Shown in pieces: positions 9,400 to 19,723 of a stretch of DNA of 64,000 nucleotides. A program made the position numbers and the translations under genes. Below the pieces are notes generated by a model. It saw nothing but the letters and a program-made list of their open reading frames with translations, was not told the DNA's origin and did not search any database. The stretch's first letter is position 1. Each line of letters starts with the position of its first letter. This DNA is from Gammaproteobacteria bacterium (lineage in GTDB: Bacteria; Pseudomonadota; Gammaproteobacteria; Eutrophobiales; Eutrophobiaceae). The DNA lies in assembly GCA_965215365.1 (NCBI GenBank), contig CBDCDS010000003.1, forward strand, positions 192,001 through 256,000. The letters run 5' to 3'.

Positions 9400-12300
9400 C
9401 CCCCCTGTCGATCAGGCAATGCGGGAACGGGTGTTAAACCCGGAACAGTCCTTTATCGTGCAGGCGCCGGCGGGGTCGGGCAAGACCGAGTTGCTGGTGC
9501 GGCGTTTCCTGTGCCTGCTGGCGGTGGTGGCGGTGCCGGAAGAGATCGTCGCCATTACCTTCACGCGCAAGGCTGCGGCGGAGATGCGTAAACGCATCAT
9601 CGAAGCGCTGCAAAACGCTGCCAACACAGGCAAGACCAAGCGTGAGGCGAACGGCGCCGGGGAGGAGTCACTGCAACTCGCCGACGCGGTTTTGGCAAGA
9701 GATGCAGAGCTCGGTTGGCAACTGCTGCAAAATCCGTCCCGTCTGAAAATCCAGACCATCGATTCGTTTTGCGCGACGCTGACCCGGCAAATGCCGTTAC
9801 TGGCGCAACTCGGCGGACAACCGGAGCTGGCCGAAGATCCCCGCGACCTGTACCGGGAGGCGGCGACCAACACCCTGAAACTGCTGGATGAAAACACCAC
9901 GCAGGGCGGGGAACAGTCAGGCAATAGCGTCGCCGTCGAGATCCTGCTCGAGCGCCTCGATAACAACCTGCCCAGCGTCAGGGACATGCTCATTACCATG
10001 CTGCAAAAACGCGACCAGTGGCTGCGTCACCTGGTCGAACAACGCCCGGATCGGGCGGTCATGGAGCAGGCGCTCAAGCACAGCGTGGAAGCCTCGCTGA
10101 AGGATGTACGAAACGCCTTGTCGAAGGCCGATGCGGAGGAACTGGCTGACTGCGCCGGTTACGCCGCAGACAATCTTGGCGAAGATAATCCCTGTTCGAG
10201 TAGGGGTTTGCCCGACACTAATGCGGACGCCCGGCAGGACTGGCAGTTCATTGCCGACTTGTGCCTGACCCAACGAGGCGAGTGGCGTAGAAGTGTAACC
10301 GTCAATCAGGGATTCCCGCCGGGCAGGGACGGTAAGGACATGAAAGAGCAGTTCACTGACCTGCTGCAGCGGTTCGCCGCACAACCGCGCCTGTTGGAGC
10401 TGTTCCGGGAACTACGCGTGCTGCCCCCCACTACATACCAGGATGACGAATGGCTGGCGCTCAAGGGGTTGTACGTGTTGCTGACGCGTGCCAAAGAGCA
10501 GTTACGCCGGTTGTGTGCAGCGCGCAATCAGGTGGACTTCATTGGTCTGGCCGAGGCTGCCAGTCAGGCGCTGGAGGATGACGACAGCCCCACCGATCTG
10601 GCACTGTACCTGGACTACCGCATCCGCCACATCCTGGTGGATGAGTACCAGGACGTGTCTATCAACCAGCAGGAGTTACTGGAAAAACTGACTGCGGGCT
10701 GGGCTGCAGAAGACGGCCACAGCCTGTTCCTAGTAGGCGACCCCATGCAGTCCATCTACCGTTTTCGCAAGGCCGAAGTGGGGGTATTCCTGAATACCTG
10801 GCAGCAACAGCGACTGGGGCAGGTACGCATCGAAGCGGTAGCAATAGAGGTCAACTTCCGCTCCGCCCCGGCGCTGGTGAACTGGGTCAACCGCGCATTC
10901 GCCCAAGTACTGCCGGATGTGCCGGACAGCGCCCGCGGCGCCGTCGATTTTGCGCCGGCGCAGGCGTTTCGTGAACTCTCAGGCACAACCGGAGTGTATG
11001 TGCATCCCGTGCTGATACCGAAAATGGACAAGGATGGAGACCCGGCCGCGGCCAAGGCGCAGGCAGACGCGCAGGAAGCGCAACGGGTATTGCAGCAGAT
11101 TGAAACCATCCGGGCGGAGTCCCCCTCCGAAAGCATTGCCATACTGGTGCGCGCCCGCACCCATCTCAGCACCATCATGCCGTTGTTGGCGGAACGAAAA
11201 ATACCTTTTCGCGCGCTGGCTATCGAGCCGCTGGGCGAGCGTCCGGTAGTCCAGGATTTGCTGACTCTGACCCGCGCCCTGCGCCACCAGGCCGACCGCG
11301 TGGCTTGGCTGGGGTTGCTACGCGCGCCCTGGTGTGGGCTCACTCTGGCGGACTTGCTGGCGTTGGCGGGGGACAGCAGCGACCAGACCATCTGGCAATG
11401 TCTGCAGGATGAGCAGCGGCGGGCGGCGCTCAGCGCGGCAGGGCGCCAGCGGCTGGAACGCTTGTATGCGCTCCTCTCCCAGGCGTTTGCGCGGCAGGGC
11501 CGATTGCCGTTCCGCCGTTGGGTGGAAGGCTTGTGGCTGAACCTGGGCGGTCCGGCGACCCTTGAAACCGATACCGACCTGCGTGACGCCCGACGCTATT
11601 TTGAGCTGTTGGATGAACTGGAGCAGGGCGGCGACCGGCCCGGTCAGGAGGCGCTGGCGCAACGGGTCACCGAGCTGTATGCCGGCGCTGATACCCACGC
11701 TGATGACAGGTTGCAGATAATGACTGTGCACGGCGCCAAGGGGCTGGAGTTCGACCATGTCATCCTGCCCGGACTGCAACGCACCGCACGGCCTGACTCA
11801 AAGCAACTGCTGGTGTGGTCGGAGAATCCTTATCCGACCCGTTCTGACCCGACCCGTCCTGACCTGCTGCTGGCACCGGTCAAAGCCAGTGAGGAAGCCG
11901 CCTCCCCGATCTATGATTTTATCGCCAGCCTGGAACAAAGAAAGCAGCGTTACGAACAAGGACGCCTGTTGTACGTGGCCGCCACCCGGGCACGCAAGCA
12001 ACTGCACCTGATCGGTAGCGTTAAGGTGCAGGAAGGAGAGCTGGTAGCACCCTCAGACAAGACACCGCTGGGGCAGCTGTGGCCGGTGGTGGCAAATGTA
12101 TTTCAAGCCGCTATTAACGTGGAATTGCCGAACATCGATCCGGGCCAGTCGGCGGCAGTGCCGCGGCCGGCGTTGCTGCGACGCCTGCCTGCAGATTGGC
12201 AGTTGCCGCAGCCGCCGCCGAGTACACAGTGGACCCCGGCGCCGGTAACGGGCACGGTCCAGGAAGACATCGGTGCCGAAGGTGAGCCCATCGAATACCA

Positions 12301-12859
12301 ATGGGCCGGACGCGCCATCAAGCATGTCGGCAGTGTTGTGCATCGGTATTTGCAGCTGATGACTGACCGGGGGAACGACCCTTGGGACACGGATAAAATT
12401 CGCGCCCACCGACCGCAGTACCGGACGGCCTTAGCTACCCTGGGCGTGCCCGCAGCGGAGCTCGACAGTGCCGGTGCCTGGGTGGAACAGGCCCTGAACG
12501 GTATCCTGGCAGACCCTAAGGGGCAGTGGTTGCTGGCCGCACACAAAGAAGAGCAGAGCGAGTATGCACTCAGCGGCGTTTACGGGGGCGCGGTCATCAA
12601 CATCGTCATAGACCGGACTTTTGTTGACGAGGCCGACACCCGTTGGATCGTTGATTACAAGGCCTCCCGCCACGAATCCCGCGATGTCGAACAATTCCTG
12701 AACCTGCAACAGGAGCGTTACCGCGCGCAGTTGGAAAAATATGCGGCAGTGATGGCTGCCCTGGAGCACCGACCGATCCGGCTTGGGTTGTATTTTCCGC
12801 TGCTGCGTGGTTGGCGCGAGTGGTGTTACACTGTGCAGAACAGTGAACGGCATGAATGA
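9392..12859 (+). CDS. addA: AddA-like UvrD helicase-nuclease
   Basis: APAGSGKT, ITFTRKAAAEM, LVDEYQD, VGDPMQSIYRFR, TVHGAKGLEF, LYVAATRAR, C-terminal IDRTF...IVDYK. Confidence 0.88.
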   Translation: MTNPPVDQAMRERVLNPEQSFIVQAPAGSGKTELLVRRFLCLLAVVAVPEEIVAITFTRKAAAEMRKRIIEALQNAANTGKTKREANGAGEESLQLADAVLARDAELGWQLLQNPSRLKIQTIDSFCATLTRQMPLLAQLGGQPELAEDPRDLYREAATNTLKLLDENTTQGGEQSGNSVAVEILLERLDNNLPSVRDMLITMLQKRDQWLRHLVEQRPDRAVMEQALKHSVEASLKDVRNALSKADAEELADCAGYAADNLGEDNPCSSRGLPDTNADARQDWQFIADLCLTQRGEWRRSVTVNQGFPPGRDGKDMKEQFTDLLQRFAAQPRLLELFRELRVLPPTTYQDDEWLALKGLYVLLTRAKEQLRRLCAARNQVDFIGLAEAASQALEDDDSPTDLALYLDYRIRHILVDEYQDVSINQQELLEKLTAGWAAEDGHSLFLVGDPMQSIYRFRKAEVGVFLNTWQQQRLGQVRIEAVAIEVNFRSAPALVNWVNRAFAQVLPDVPDSARGAVDFAPAQAFRELSGTTGVYVHPVLIPKMDKDGDPAAAKAQADAQEAQRVLQQIETIRAESPSESIAILVRARTHLSTIMPLLAERKIPFRALAIEPLGERPVVQDLLTLTRALRHQADRVAWLGLLRAPWCGLTLADLLALAGDSSDQTIWQCLQDEQRRAALSAAGRQRLERLYALLSQAFARQGRLPFRRWVEGLWLNLGGPATLETDTDLRDARRYFELLDELEQGGDRPGQEALAQRVTELYAGADTHADDRLQIMTVHGAKGLEFDHVILPGLQRTARPDSKQLLVWSENPYPTRSDPTRPDLLLAPVKASEEAASPIYDFIASLEQRKQRYEQGRLLYVAATRARKQLHLIGSVKVQEGELVAPSDKTPLGQLWPVVANVFQAAINVELPNIDPGQSAAVPRPALLRRLPADWQLPQPPPSTQWTPAPVTGTVQEDIGAEGEPIEYQWAGRAIKHVGSVVHRYLQLMTDRGNDPWDTDKIRAHRPQYRTALATLGVPAAELDSAGAWVEQALNGILADPKGQWLLAAHKEEQSEYALSGVYGGAVINIVIDRTFVDEADTRWIVDYKASRHESRDVEQFLNLQQERYRAQLEKYAAVMAALEHRPIRLGLYFPLLRGWREWCYTVQNSERHE

Positions 12860-13015
12860 GCACTTTTACAAAACAATAAAGGTCGAAAATTTCGGGGGGA
12901 TAAAGTCCTTCTACCAGCCAAACACGGACAGTGTTTTGTTGTCTTATGGTGAATAAATCATTGGTCTTTGCTATGGTATATTGACTTTTAACCAATTCGG
13001 GTGGGATAAGCCATT

Positions 13016-13942
13016 ATGGCACTATTGGGAAACAAGGGTGTTTGCGTGCTGGGTTCGATCAATCAGGATGTCGTTGCTGTGGTAGATAAGCTGCCGCAAC
13101 CGGGGGAAACGGTTGTCGCCCGGCGCTTGACGTATTATCCGGGGGGCAAGGGCGCCAATCAGGCGGTGGCGGCGGCGCGTATGGGCGCCAGGACATTGAT
13201 GATCGGGGCGACGGGTGCCGATGAGGCGGGTAACGTGATGCGGGGTTTTTTACAGAATAACGGGGTGGATATCGCAATGGTCGATAGCAATCCCCGGCAG
13301 CCTACCGGACAGGCCTTTATCAACGTCTCCGCAGCCGGTGAAAATGCGATTGTCGTCGTTTCGGGCGCCAATGCTGCTTTGAGACCGGCCGCTATCCGGG
13401 CCAGGAAGTGGACCGGTTGCGGCATCTTTCTCGCCCAGTTGGAAAGTCCGGTCGAAACGGTAAAAGCATTTTTCTCCAGTGCTGCCGCCCGGCGTGGGAA
13501 AACCATACTGAATGCTGCGCCGGCACTCCCGGCAGGTGCCGGATTGTTTGCGCTGACCGATATTCTAATCCTCAATGAGTCCGAACTTGCTGCCTACGCG
13601 CAGCTGCCGGAAGCGCCCGCGGAAGTGGAGCGGGCGATTGCCGGCGCAAGAAAATTGATCGGGCGGGAGCGACTGGCCGTGATTGTCACCTTGGGTGAGA
13701 AGGGCGCGGTGGTGGTTGAGCGTGAACAGGACGCACTGCTCCCGGGGCGGCGGGCGCAGGTCAAGGACACGACCGGCGCCGGCGATTGTTTTTGCGGCAC
13801 ACTGGCTGCCGCCTTAGGTGATGGTTATGATTTGCTTGAGGCGGCCCGGTTGGCGGTGCTGGCAGCATCAATATCCGTAGAACATGCCGGGGCTGCAACC
13901 TCGAGCCCCGTGCGCGCGGAGGTCGAAAAGCTGATGCAATAG
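13016..13942 (+). CDS. rbsK: Ribokinase
   Basis: GSINQD, PGGKGANQAVAAAR, NESE, DTTGAGDCF. Confidence 0.92.
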   Translation: MALLGNKGVCVLGSINQDVVAVVDKLPQPGETVVARRLTYYPGGKGANQAVAAARMGARTLMIGATGADEAGNVMRGFLQNNGVDIAMVDSNPRQPTGQAFINVSAAGENAIVVVSGANAALRPAAIRARKWTGCGIFLAQLESPVETVKAFFSSAAARRGKTILNAAPALPAGAGLFALTDILILNESELAAYAQLPEAPAEVERAIAGARKLIGRERLAVIVTLGEKGAVVVEREQDALLPGRRAQVKDTTGAGDCFCGTLAAALGDGYDLLEAARLAVLAASISVEHAGAATSSPVRAEVEKLMQ

Positions 13943-13964
13943 TGCGCGACCCTGCGCCTCATTG

Positions 13965-14909
13965 CTACCTGCGCAAACGCCAGTGGTCGAACAGGACGGC
14001 GGCGATGATAACCCCACCGGTGATGAGCCGCTTGACCGGTTCCGTTGCCCCCAGTTGCGCTAGGCCGTTCTGCAACACGGCGATAATCAGCACGCCCATA
14101 AATGCGCCGGCCACCGAACCTCTGCCCCCCATCAGGCTGGTGCCGCCGATCACGGCGGCGGCGATAGCCGATAATTCGAGCCCGATGCCGGCATTGGGGT
14201 CGGCGGCGCCTAGGTAAGCGGCGTTGAACAAACCGCCCAGCCCCGCCAGACACCCGGATAACGCCAGCACCGAGATACGATAGGGATGTATCGGGATACC
14301 GGACATACGCGCGGCAGTCTGGTTAGTGCCGATGGCGACAATATACCGCCCGAACACAGTGTTACGTACCAGGAAATGAGCCAGGATGACTATTGATAGG
14401 GCAATAATCAAGGCCGGCGATACGCCGAGGCCGGCTATGGGCAACGATAATTTCTGAATGGAGGCGCCGATAAACAGGGTTTGTGAGCCGGTAGTCAGGT
14501 AGGCCAGGCCGCGCGCCATTTCCAGCATGCCTAAGGTGACGATAAACGACGGCAACGCAAACAGGCTGCTCAGGCAACCATTGACTAGCCCGCACAGGGT
14601 TCCCGTTATGAGGCCGAGTACCAGGGCCAGCGGCAACGGCAGCCCATAGATGACAACGGCCATGCCAGCCACCGCAGAGCTCAGACCGACGACTGAGCCG
14701 ACAGACAGGTCGATATGGCCGACAATCAATACCAGAGTCATGCCGACGGCGACTACCGTCAACGCCGGCAACTGGTTGAGTATTGCAGCAAACGTGGTCA
14801 GGGAAAAAAAGTTGTCCGAGGCGATGCCGAAAAAGACGATTAACAACGCCAGCGAACCGGCGGTAAAGTATTGCTGCAAACGTTGTTGAACCGTCATGAC
14901 GAGCATCAT
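13965..14909 (-). CDS. rbsC: Ribose-type ABC transporter permease
   Basis: IDLSVGS, PSFIVTLG, ELSAIAAAVIGGTSLMGGRG. Confidence 0.85.
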   Translation of the reverse strand: MMLVMTVQQRLQQYFTAGSLALLIVFFGIASDNFFSLTTFAAILNQLPALTVVAVGMTLVLIVGHIDLSVGSVVGLSSAVAGMAVVIYGLPLPLALVLGLITGTLCGLVNGCLSSLFALPSFIVTLGMLEMARGLAYLTTGSQTLFIGASIQKLSLPIAGLGVSPALIIALSIVILAHFLVRNTVFGRYIVAIGTNQTAARMSGIPIHPYRISVLALSGCLAGLGGLFNAAYLGAADPNAGIGLELSAIAAAVIGGTSLMGGRGSVAGAFMGVLIIAVLQNGLAQLGATEPVKRLITGGVIIAAVLFDHWRLRR

Positions 14910-16447
14910 GCAGTCAGCGCCGCTGGCCGGGCGCTCCTGTCGGCGGTGTATTCACTGAATGCTGCGGCCAGAATGGCGTTATAGTCCCATTCGTCCCGGC
15001 TGAACATTTTGACCGGCTTGCGATTGGACAATACCAGAATGCGATGACAGAGTTTCATCAGTTCCTCGATTTCACTGGAGACGATGATTAGGGTCCGGCC
15101 GCGGGCGGCCAGCTCCCGGAAAAGATCATGGAGAAAGTGTTTGGTGGGGATATCGACCCCGCGCGTGGGTTCGTTCAGAAGAAAAATATCGACGCCTTTA
15201 TGCAGCCAGCGACTCACCAGCACCTTTTGCTGGTTGCCGCCGCTCAGCCGCTCGATGTGCTGGTCTGCGTTCACGCGTTGTACCGATAATTGGTTCAACT
15301 GCTGCTCCGTTGCCCGATGTTCATCGGCAGAGTGGATAACGCCGAACCTGCCGGCATGTTGTTGCAGGCCCGGAAGAGTCAGGTTCAGACGGATGGATTG
15401 GCCGGTGAACAGTCCCTGCTGCTTGCGGTCTTCAGGCAAAAATCCGAGGCCCAGCTCTATGGCCTGACGCGGACTGTGCAGCCTGACCGGTGCATTGTCG
15501 GTGTAACGTGTGACCGTGCCGCGTGTGGGGCGCTTTAGCATGAAGATAGTTTCCAGCAACTCGGCCGGCCCGGAACCGGCCAGACCGCCGATACCAAGGA
15601 TTTCACCCGCACAACAATCGAAGGAAATGGGCTGAGGAAACCGCCGGGATTGCAGCCCGTCAATCGCCAGGGTTATCCCGCCGCGATTGACAGCGCCAGC
15701 GGCGACCGCGGCGTTATCCTTGCTCGCCCGTCCCGACATCAGGCGGATCATTGCATCCGGCGTGACGGTTCCCGCCGGGGAACTGTTGACCACCCGCCCG
15801 TCCCGTAATACGGAGACGGTGTCCGACACCTCCAGCACATCCTTGAGTCTATGGCTGATGTAAATGACGGACGCGCCGCCGGCGACCCGCTCACGTATGA
15901 GCTCATGCAGCCGTTGTGCCTGCGGTTCCGTCAAGGCCGCAGTGGGTTCATCCAGGATCAGCAGGCGGCTGTCAAAGGCCAGCGCCTTCGCCAGCTCCGT
16001 GAGTTGGCGTTGCGCCAGGGGGAGCCGCCTGACCGGTGTATTCGGGTCAACCATCTCCATGCCAACCCGCCGCATCATCTGTGCCGCCTCAGCCAGCAGT
16101 CGCGGGTAGCGAATGACCGCGTGGCGTGCGGGCAGGCGCCGCAGAAAAATATTCTCGGCAACAGACAGTGTATCGATAAGACTGAGCTCCTGAGCCGCCA
16201 GGGTGATGCCCCGGCGCTGAGCATCCCCGGCATTCCCCGGTGTATAGCTGGTGCCGTCCAGAAAAAGTTCGCCCCGGTCCCAACGGAGCAACCCGGACAG
16301 GATATTCATCAAGGTTGATTTGCCGGCCCCGTTCTCGCCGATCAACCCGTGCACTTCCCCCGGTTTGACGGTCATATTGACACCGGACAACACCGGCACC
16401 GAAAAGGATTTATGCAAATCGCTGATGCTGAGGCGGGCGGGCGGCAT
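14906..16447 (-). CDS. rbsA: Ribose-type ABC transporter ATP-binding protein
   Basis: GENGAGKST, LILDEPT, LSGGNQQK; tandem ABC domains. Confidence 0.85.
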   Translation of the reverse strand: MPPARLSISDLHKSFSVPVLSGVNMTVKPGEVHGLIGENGAGKSTLMNILSGLLRWDRGELFLDGTSYTPGNAGDAQRRGITLAAQELSLIDTLSVAENIFLRRLPARHAVIRYPRLLAEAAQMMRRVGMEMVDPNTPVRRLPLAQRQLTELAKALAFDSRLLILDEPTAALTEPQAQRLHELIRERVAGGASVIYISHRLKDVLEVSDTVSVLRDGRVVNSSPAGTVTPDAMIRLMSGRASKDNAAVAAGAVNRGGITLAIDGLQSRRFPQPISFDCCAGEILGIGGLAGSGPAELLETIFMLKRPTRGTVTRYTDNAPVRLHSPRQAIELGLGFLPEDRKQQGLFTGQSIRLNLTLPGLQQHAGRFGVIHSADEHRATEQQLNQLSVQRVNADQHIERLSGGNQQKVLVSRWLHKGVDIFLLNEPTRGVDIPTKHFLHDLFRELAARGRTLIIVSSEIEELMKLCHRILVLSNRKPVKMFSRDEWDYNAILAAAFSEYTADRSARPAALTA

Positions 16448-16510
16448 TGGCTGGCACTCTTACAACTTAATGCTGACGCGCTCAGTGGGCGAAACCAGTG
16501 GCTCGCACGG

Positions 16511-17458
16511 TTACAACGAGGCCCTGGTGATCAAATCCACAGCGGTTGCGAGATCGTCCGGTTCTCCTCCCTGCGCCAGCATATCAAGGGCATACTCAAT
16601 GCCGTACACTGCCAGCTGATCGGCATGCTGGTCGGCCGTTGCCAGCACGGCACCAGTTTTGAGCAACGCCTGTACCGCAGAAATATTGTCGAACCCGACG
16701 ACCTGTATGTCAGTGACCTTGCCGGCCTGACGCAAGGCCGACACCGCGCCCAGCGCCATGCTGTCATTGGCGCACAGGATGGCCTTGAGTTGCGGAAACC
16801 GCACTAGGATCCCGGCCGTGATCTCCGCCGCCCGGGTCTGCTCCCAGAACGCGCTTTGTACGGTGACGATTTCCAGCCCGTGGGCGTGGGCGGCCTCTTC
16901 AAAGCCGGCGCGGCGCTGTTGGGAATTGTACGCGGTGGGGACGCCTTCCAGAATGGCAACCTGATCATTTTCCGCCAGATACCCGGCCAGATAATTCCCT
17001 ACCAGGCGCGCCCCGGCGCGATTGTCGGGGCCGACAAAAGGCACGTTGAGCGCGTATTGAGCCAGCACCTCGGCATCCAGTCTGTTATCTATGTTGACGA
17101 TAATGATGCCGGCCTGATGCGCCCGGGCCAGCGCTGGCACCAGCGCCTTGGAATCTGCCGGCGCAATGACTATGGCAGCGGCGCCGGCGGCGATCATCTG
17201 GTCGATCAAGGCGACCTGTTGTGCCAGGTCGCTCTCGTTTTTTATGCCGTTGACAAGCAGGCGGTAAGGCACGCGCTGGGCGGCGTGGTGCTGTTTTGCG
17301 CCCTCTGCCATGGTGCTGAAGAACTCGTTTGCGAGCGATTTCATTACTAGGGCAATGACCGGTTGGCCTGAGGTTTCAGCGGGCGCCGGCGCGACTTGTT
17401 CACGGCCGTCGCCACAGCCTGCCAACACCAGCAGGAGCAGGATGTTAATTTTTTTCAC
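16511..17458 (-). CDS. rbsB: Sugar ABC substrate-binding lipoprotein (RbsB-like)
   Basis: Lipobox LAG-C, KSLANEFF, GPDNRAGA, ANDSMALGA, VGFD. Confidence 0.8.
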   Translation of the reverse strand: MKKINILLLLVLAGCGDGREQVAPAPAETSGQPVIALVMKSLANEFFSTMAEGAKQHHAAQRVPYRLLVNGIKNESDLAQQVALIDQMIAAGAAAIVIAPADSKALVPALARAHQAGIIIVNIDNRLDAEVLAQYALNVPFVGPDNRAGARLVGNYLAGYLAENDQVAILEGVPTAYNSQQRRAGFEEAAHAHGLEIVTVQSAFWEQTRAAEITAGILVRFPQLKAILCANDSMALGAVSALRQAGKVTDIQVVGFDNISAVQALLKTGAVLATADQHADQLAVYGIEYALDMLAQGGEPDDLATAVDLITRASL

Positions 17459-17629
17459 GTTCTACCCGTTACTTGGTTGCTATGTAAGTTTCACCTGCCC
17501 TGGCTTGTTTACGTCCCTGTCACTGGATACCGGCCAATCCCTGGCCGGGGAGCCTACCCCGGCATGTCGTCAGCCGGGGATGAACCTGCATGCGTGCGGC
17601 GCCTTGCCCATGAAGGTTTGCAGCTTCGT

Positions 17630-18721
17630 TTATTCTGCAAACAGCAGTTGTTCATACACCTGCCAGAATTTCTCCTCGTCAAGCCTGAGTATAACCTCTG
17701 CGGCCTGCGCCGAGAACGGTCTGAAGGGCTTCATAAAGCTGACCTCGGTGGCGACCGGGGCGGCGAGCGAACGTCCGTAACCCGGGCCATGATTGGCATC
17801 TACGCTGACCCAATATTCCTCACTTTCCCGCACCAGTTGCGGTTGCGCGATATAGGCAGCCACTAGGGCATCCCAGACCGGTAGCTGAAAATCGGGATTT
17901 TCCTTCATTTTTTCACCGAACTTGGGCGTCAAAAACTTCGTCACCATAAAATGGTCCGCATACTCTGCGCGGGTAAAACGCTCATAGAGTGACTGGTCGA
18001 ATAAAATCCGGTCGGTGGCATCCAGTGGGATGATGACGTGGCGTATAGGTTCGGCCAGTACTATCTGCGCCGCTTCTGCGTCAAACCACCAGTTGAACTC
18101 CGCCGCGGTAGTCACATTGCCCCAGATAAAGAAGGCGCCGCCCATATAAATTATTGTTTTGATCCGGGCGACTATATCCGGCGCCTTGCGCACGGCCAGC
18201 GCCAGGTTTGTCAACGGCCCGATAGCCGCAATCGTGATCTCGCCCGGATTGTTCCTGACCGCGTCGATGATGAAATCAACGGCATGTACGGATTGCGCGC
18301 GTGCCTGCTGCGGCAACCCGTCGGGGGGCGGCTGCACTTCTTGCTCCCGGTCCCAGGCGCCGGCATAAATGGCGCCGTAAAGCGCCCGGTCATGTTGTTG
18401 AAATTTCTCCTGTGAATGCAGCAGCGGTTGCTGCGCGCCCGGGAACACGGGTATTTCAGTTGCCAGCCCCAGCCGTTCCAGCGCTTTTAAGGCATCGACT
18501 TCCAGTTGCGCCAGCCAATCATTACCGGCAACCAGGGTCACGCCCAGCAGTTCAATCTGCCCGGCCTTATGCAGGTTGGCCAGCATCACCAACGCCTCGT
18601 GGTCGTCCGAATAATGAGACAGGTCGGTATCCAGAATGATCTTCTGTTGCGCGCCTGCTGGCGCGGCAACAAGATACAGCATGAGCGCCAGATACCGGCC
18701 TCGAGTAAAAATTTTATTCAT
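17630..18721 (-). CDS. Nucleoside hydrolase (IUNH family) with Sec signal peptide
   Basis: ILDTD...DD, AIGPLTNLA, MGGA...GNVTTAAEFNWWFDAEAA, PLDAT, WD; N-terminal AGA-Q cleavage site. Confidence 0.88.
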   Translation of the reverse strand: MNKIFTRGRYLALMLYLVAAPAGAQQKIILDTDLSHYSDDHEALVMLANLHKAGQIELLGVTLVAGNDWLAQLEVDALKALERLGLATEIPVFPGAQQPLLHSQEKFQQHDRALYGAIYAGAWDREQEVQPPPDGLPQQARAQSVHAVDFIIDAVRNNPGEITIAAIGPLTNLALAVRKAPDIVARIKTIIYMGGAFFIWGNVTTAAEFNWWFDAEAAQIVLAEPIRHVIIPLDATDRILFDQSLYERFTRAEYADHFMVTKFLTPKFGEKMKENPDFQLPVWDALVAAYIAQPQLVRESEEYWVSVDANHGPGYGRSLAAPVATEVSFMKPFRPFSAQAAEVILRLDEEKFWQVYEQLLFAE

Positions 18722-18734
18722 TAGCGTAAATTAA

Positions 18735-18748
18735 GTTAAACGGTTAAC
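18735..18748. promoter_or_regulatory. Putative LacI-family operator
   Basis: GTTAAACGGTTAAC: near-palindrome with central CG; matches 24797-24810. Confidence 0.6.
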
Positions 18749-18760
18749 CTGTTGCCGCCC

Positions 18761-19696
18761 TCATAGGGCAATGGCTTCGTGATAACTCCGTTGGTAACGG
18801 TTGACAAACTCCTCCATACTGAAGGAATGGTTTTGCGCGCCTTTTGACTCGGCGCAAATGGCCCCCATCAGGTTGGCAATGCGTCCCGCCACGGGCCAGT
18901 CATAGTCGTTCAGAATACCGAAAATGATGCCGGCGCGGTAGGCATCGCCACAACCGGCAGGGTCGCAGGATGTCACTGGCAGCGCCGGCAGGGAAATTTT
19001 ACCGTGTCGGGTCATAATCACAGAACCGTTGCTGCCCTCGGTAATAATCAAGGCCTCACTCGTAGCAATGATCTGCTCTGCAACAAGTTTGGTTTTCTCG
19101 CGCAGAATGTCCCACTCATGCTCGTTCAGTATCACCCATCTGGCCAGCTCCAGGAGATAAGCGAGCTCATCCGCTTGCAGCAGGTGCACCACAGGCCCCG
19201 GGTCAAAAATAACAGGCACCCCTCGCTCGGTCAGGTGCGCGGCGTGATGCAGCATCCCGGCCACGGCATCCGGTGCCAGCACGCCCAAGTTGAAACCCGC
19301 GCCATAGTCCACGGTATTTCGATGTGAACCGGCCATGGCGCCGGGGTAGAAAATCACAATCTGGTTATGGTCTGCGTCCACGCTGATAAAATAGTGCGCA
19401 GTGCGCACCTCCGGCAAGGTCATAATATAGTCAAGGCGCATCCCTTTGCGTCGCATCCATGCGGCATACTCATCAAAGTCATACCCTACGGTCGCAGCCG
19501 GGTATGACTCACAACCCAACAGGTCCAGGTTGTGGCAGATGTTGGCCGCGCAGCCGCCGAACTCGCGCTGCATATCCGTCACATGGCAGGTAATGTTGAG
19601 CTTGGTCGTATCCTGTGGCAGAACATGACGTTGGTAATCCTCCGCGGACACGGTGATCGTGTCATAAGAAACCGAACCACATACCAATACCTTCAA
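18761..19696 (-). CDS. PfkB carbohydrate/nucleoside kinase (adenosine kinase-like)
   Basis: CGSVSYD, EFGGCAANI, FYPGAM, FDPG, NEHE, DPAGCGDAYRAG. Confidence 0.82.
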   Translation of the reverse strand: MKVLVCGSVSYDTITVSAEDYQRHVLPQDTTKLNITCHVTDMQREFGGCAANICHNLDLLGCESYPAATVGYDFDEYAAWMRRKGMRLDYIMTLPEVRTAHYFISVDADHNQIVIFYPGAMAGSHRNTVDYGAGFNLGVLAPDAVAGMLHHAAHLTERGVPVIFDPGPVVHLLQADELAYLLELARWVILNEHEWDILREKTKLVAEQIIATSEALIITEGSNGSVIMTRHGKISLPALPVTSCDPAGCGDAYRAGIIFGILNDYDWPVAGRIANLMGAICAESKGAQNHSFSMEEFVNRYQRSYHEAIAL

Positions 19697-19723
19697 GATA
19701 CCCTCCCCCGTCAGGCGTCCCGG

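Noticed and set aside
11832-11864. 15-bp tandem duplication (PTRSD/PTRPD) in addA
   Set aside because: Small in-frame loop duplication with no functional signal.
16473-16515. Hammerhead-like string CTGACGC-GCTC-agt-GGGC-GAAAC...GGTT
   Set aside because: The core is CUGACGC rather than CUGANGA, stem I cannot form, and it lies antisense to the operon; at most a degenerate relic.
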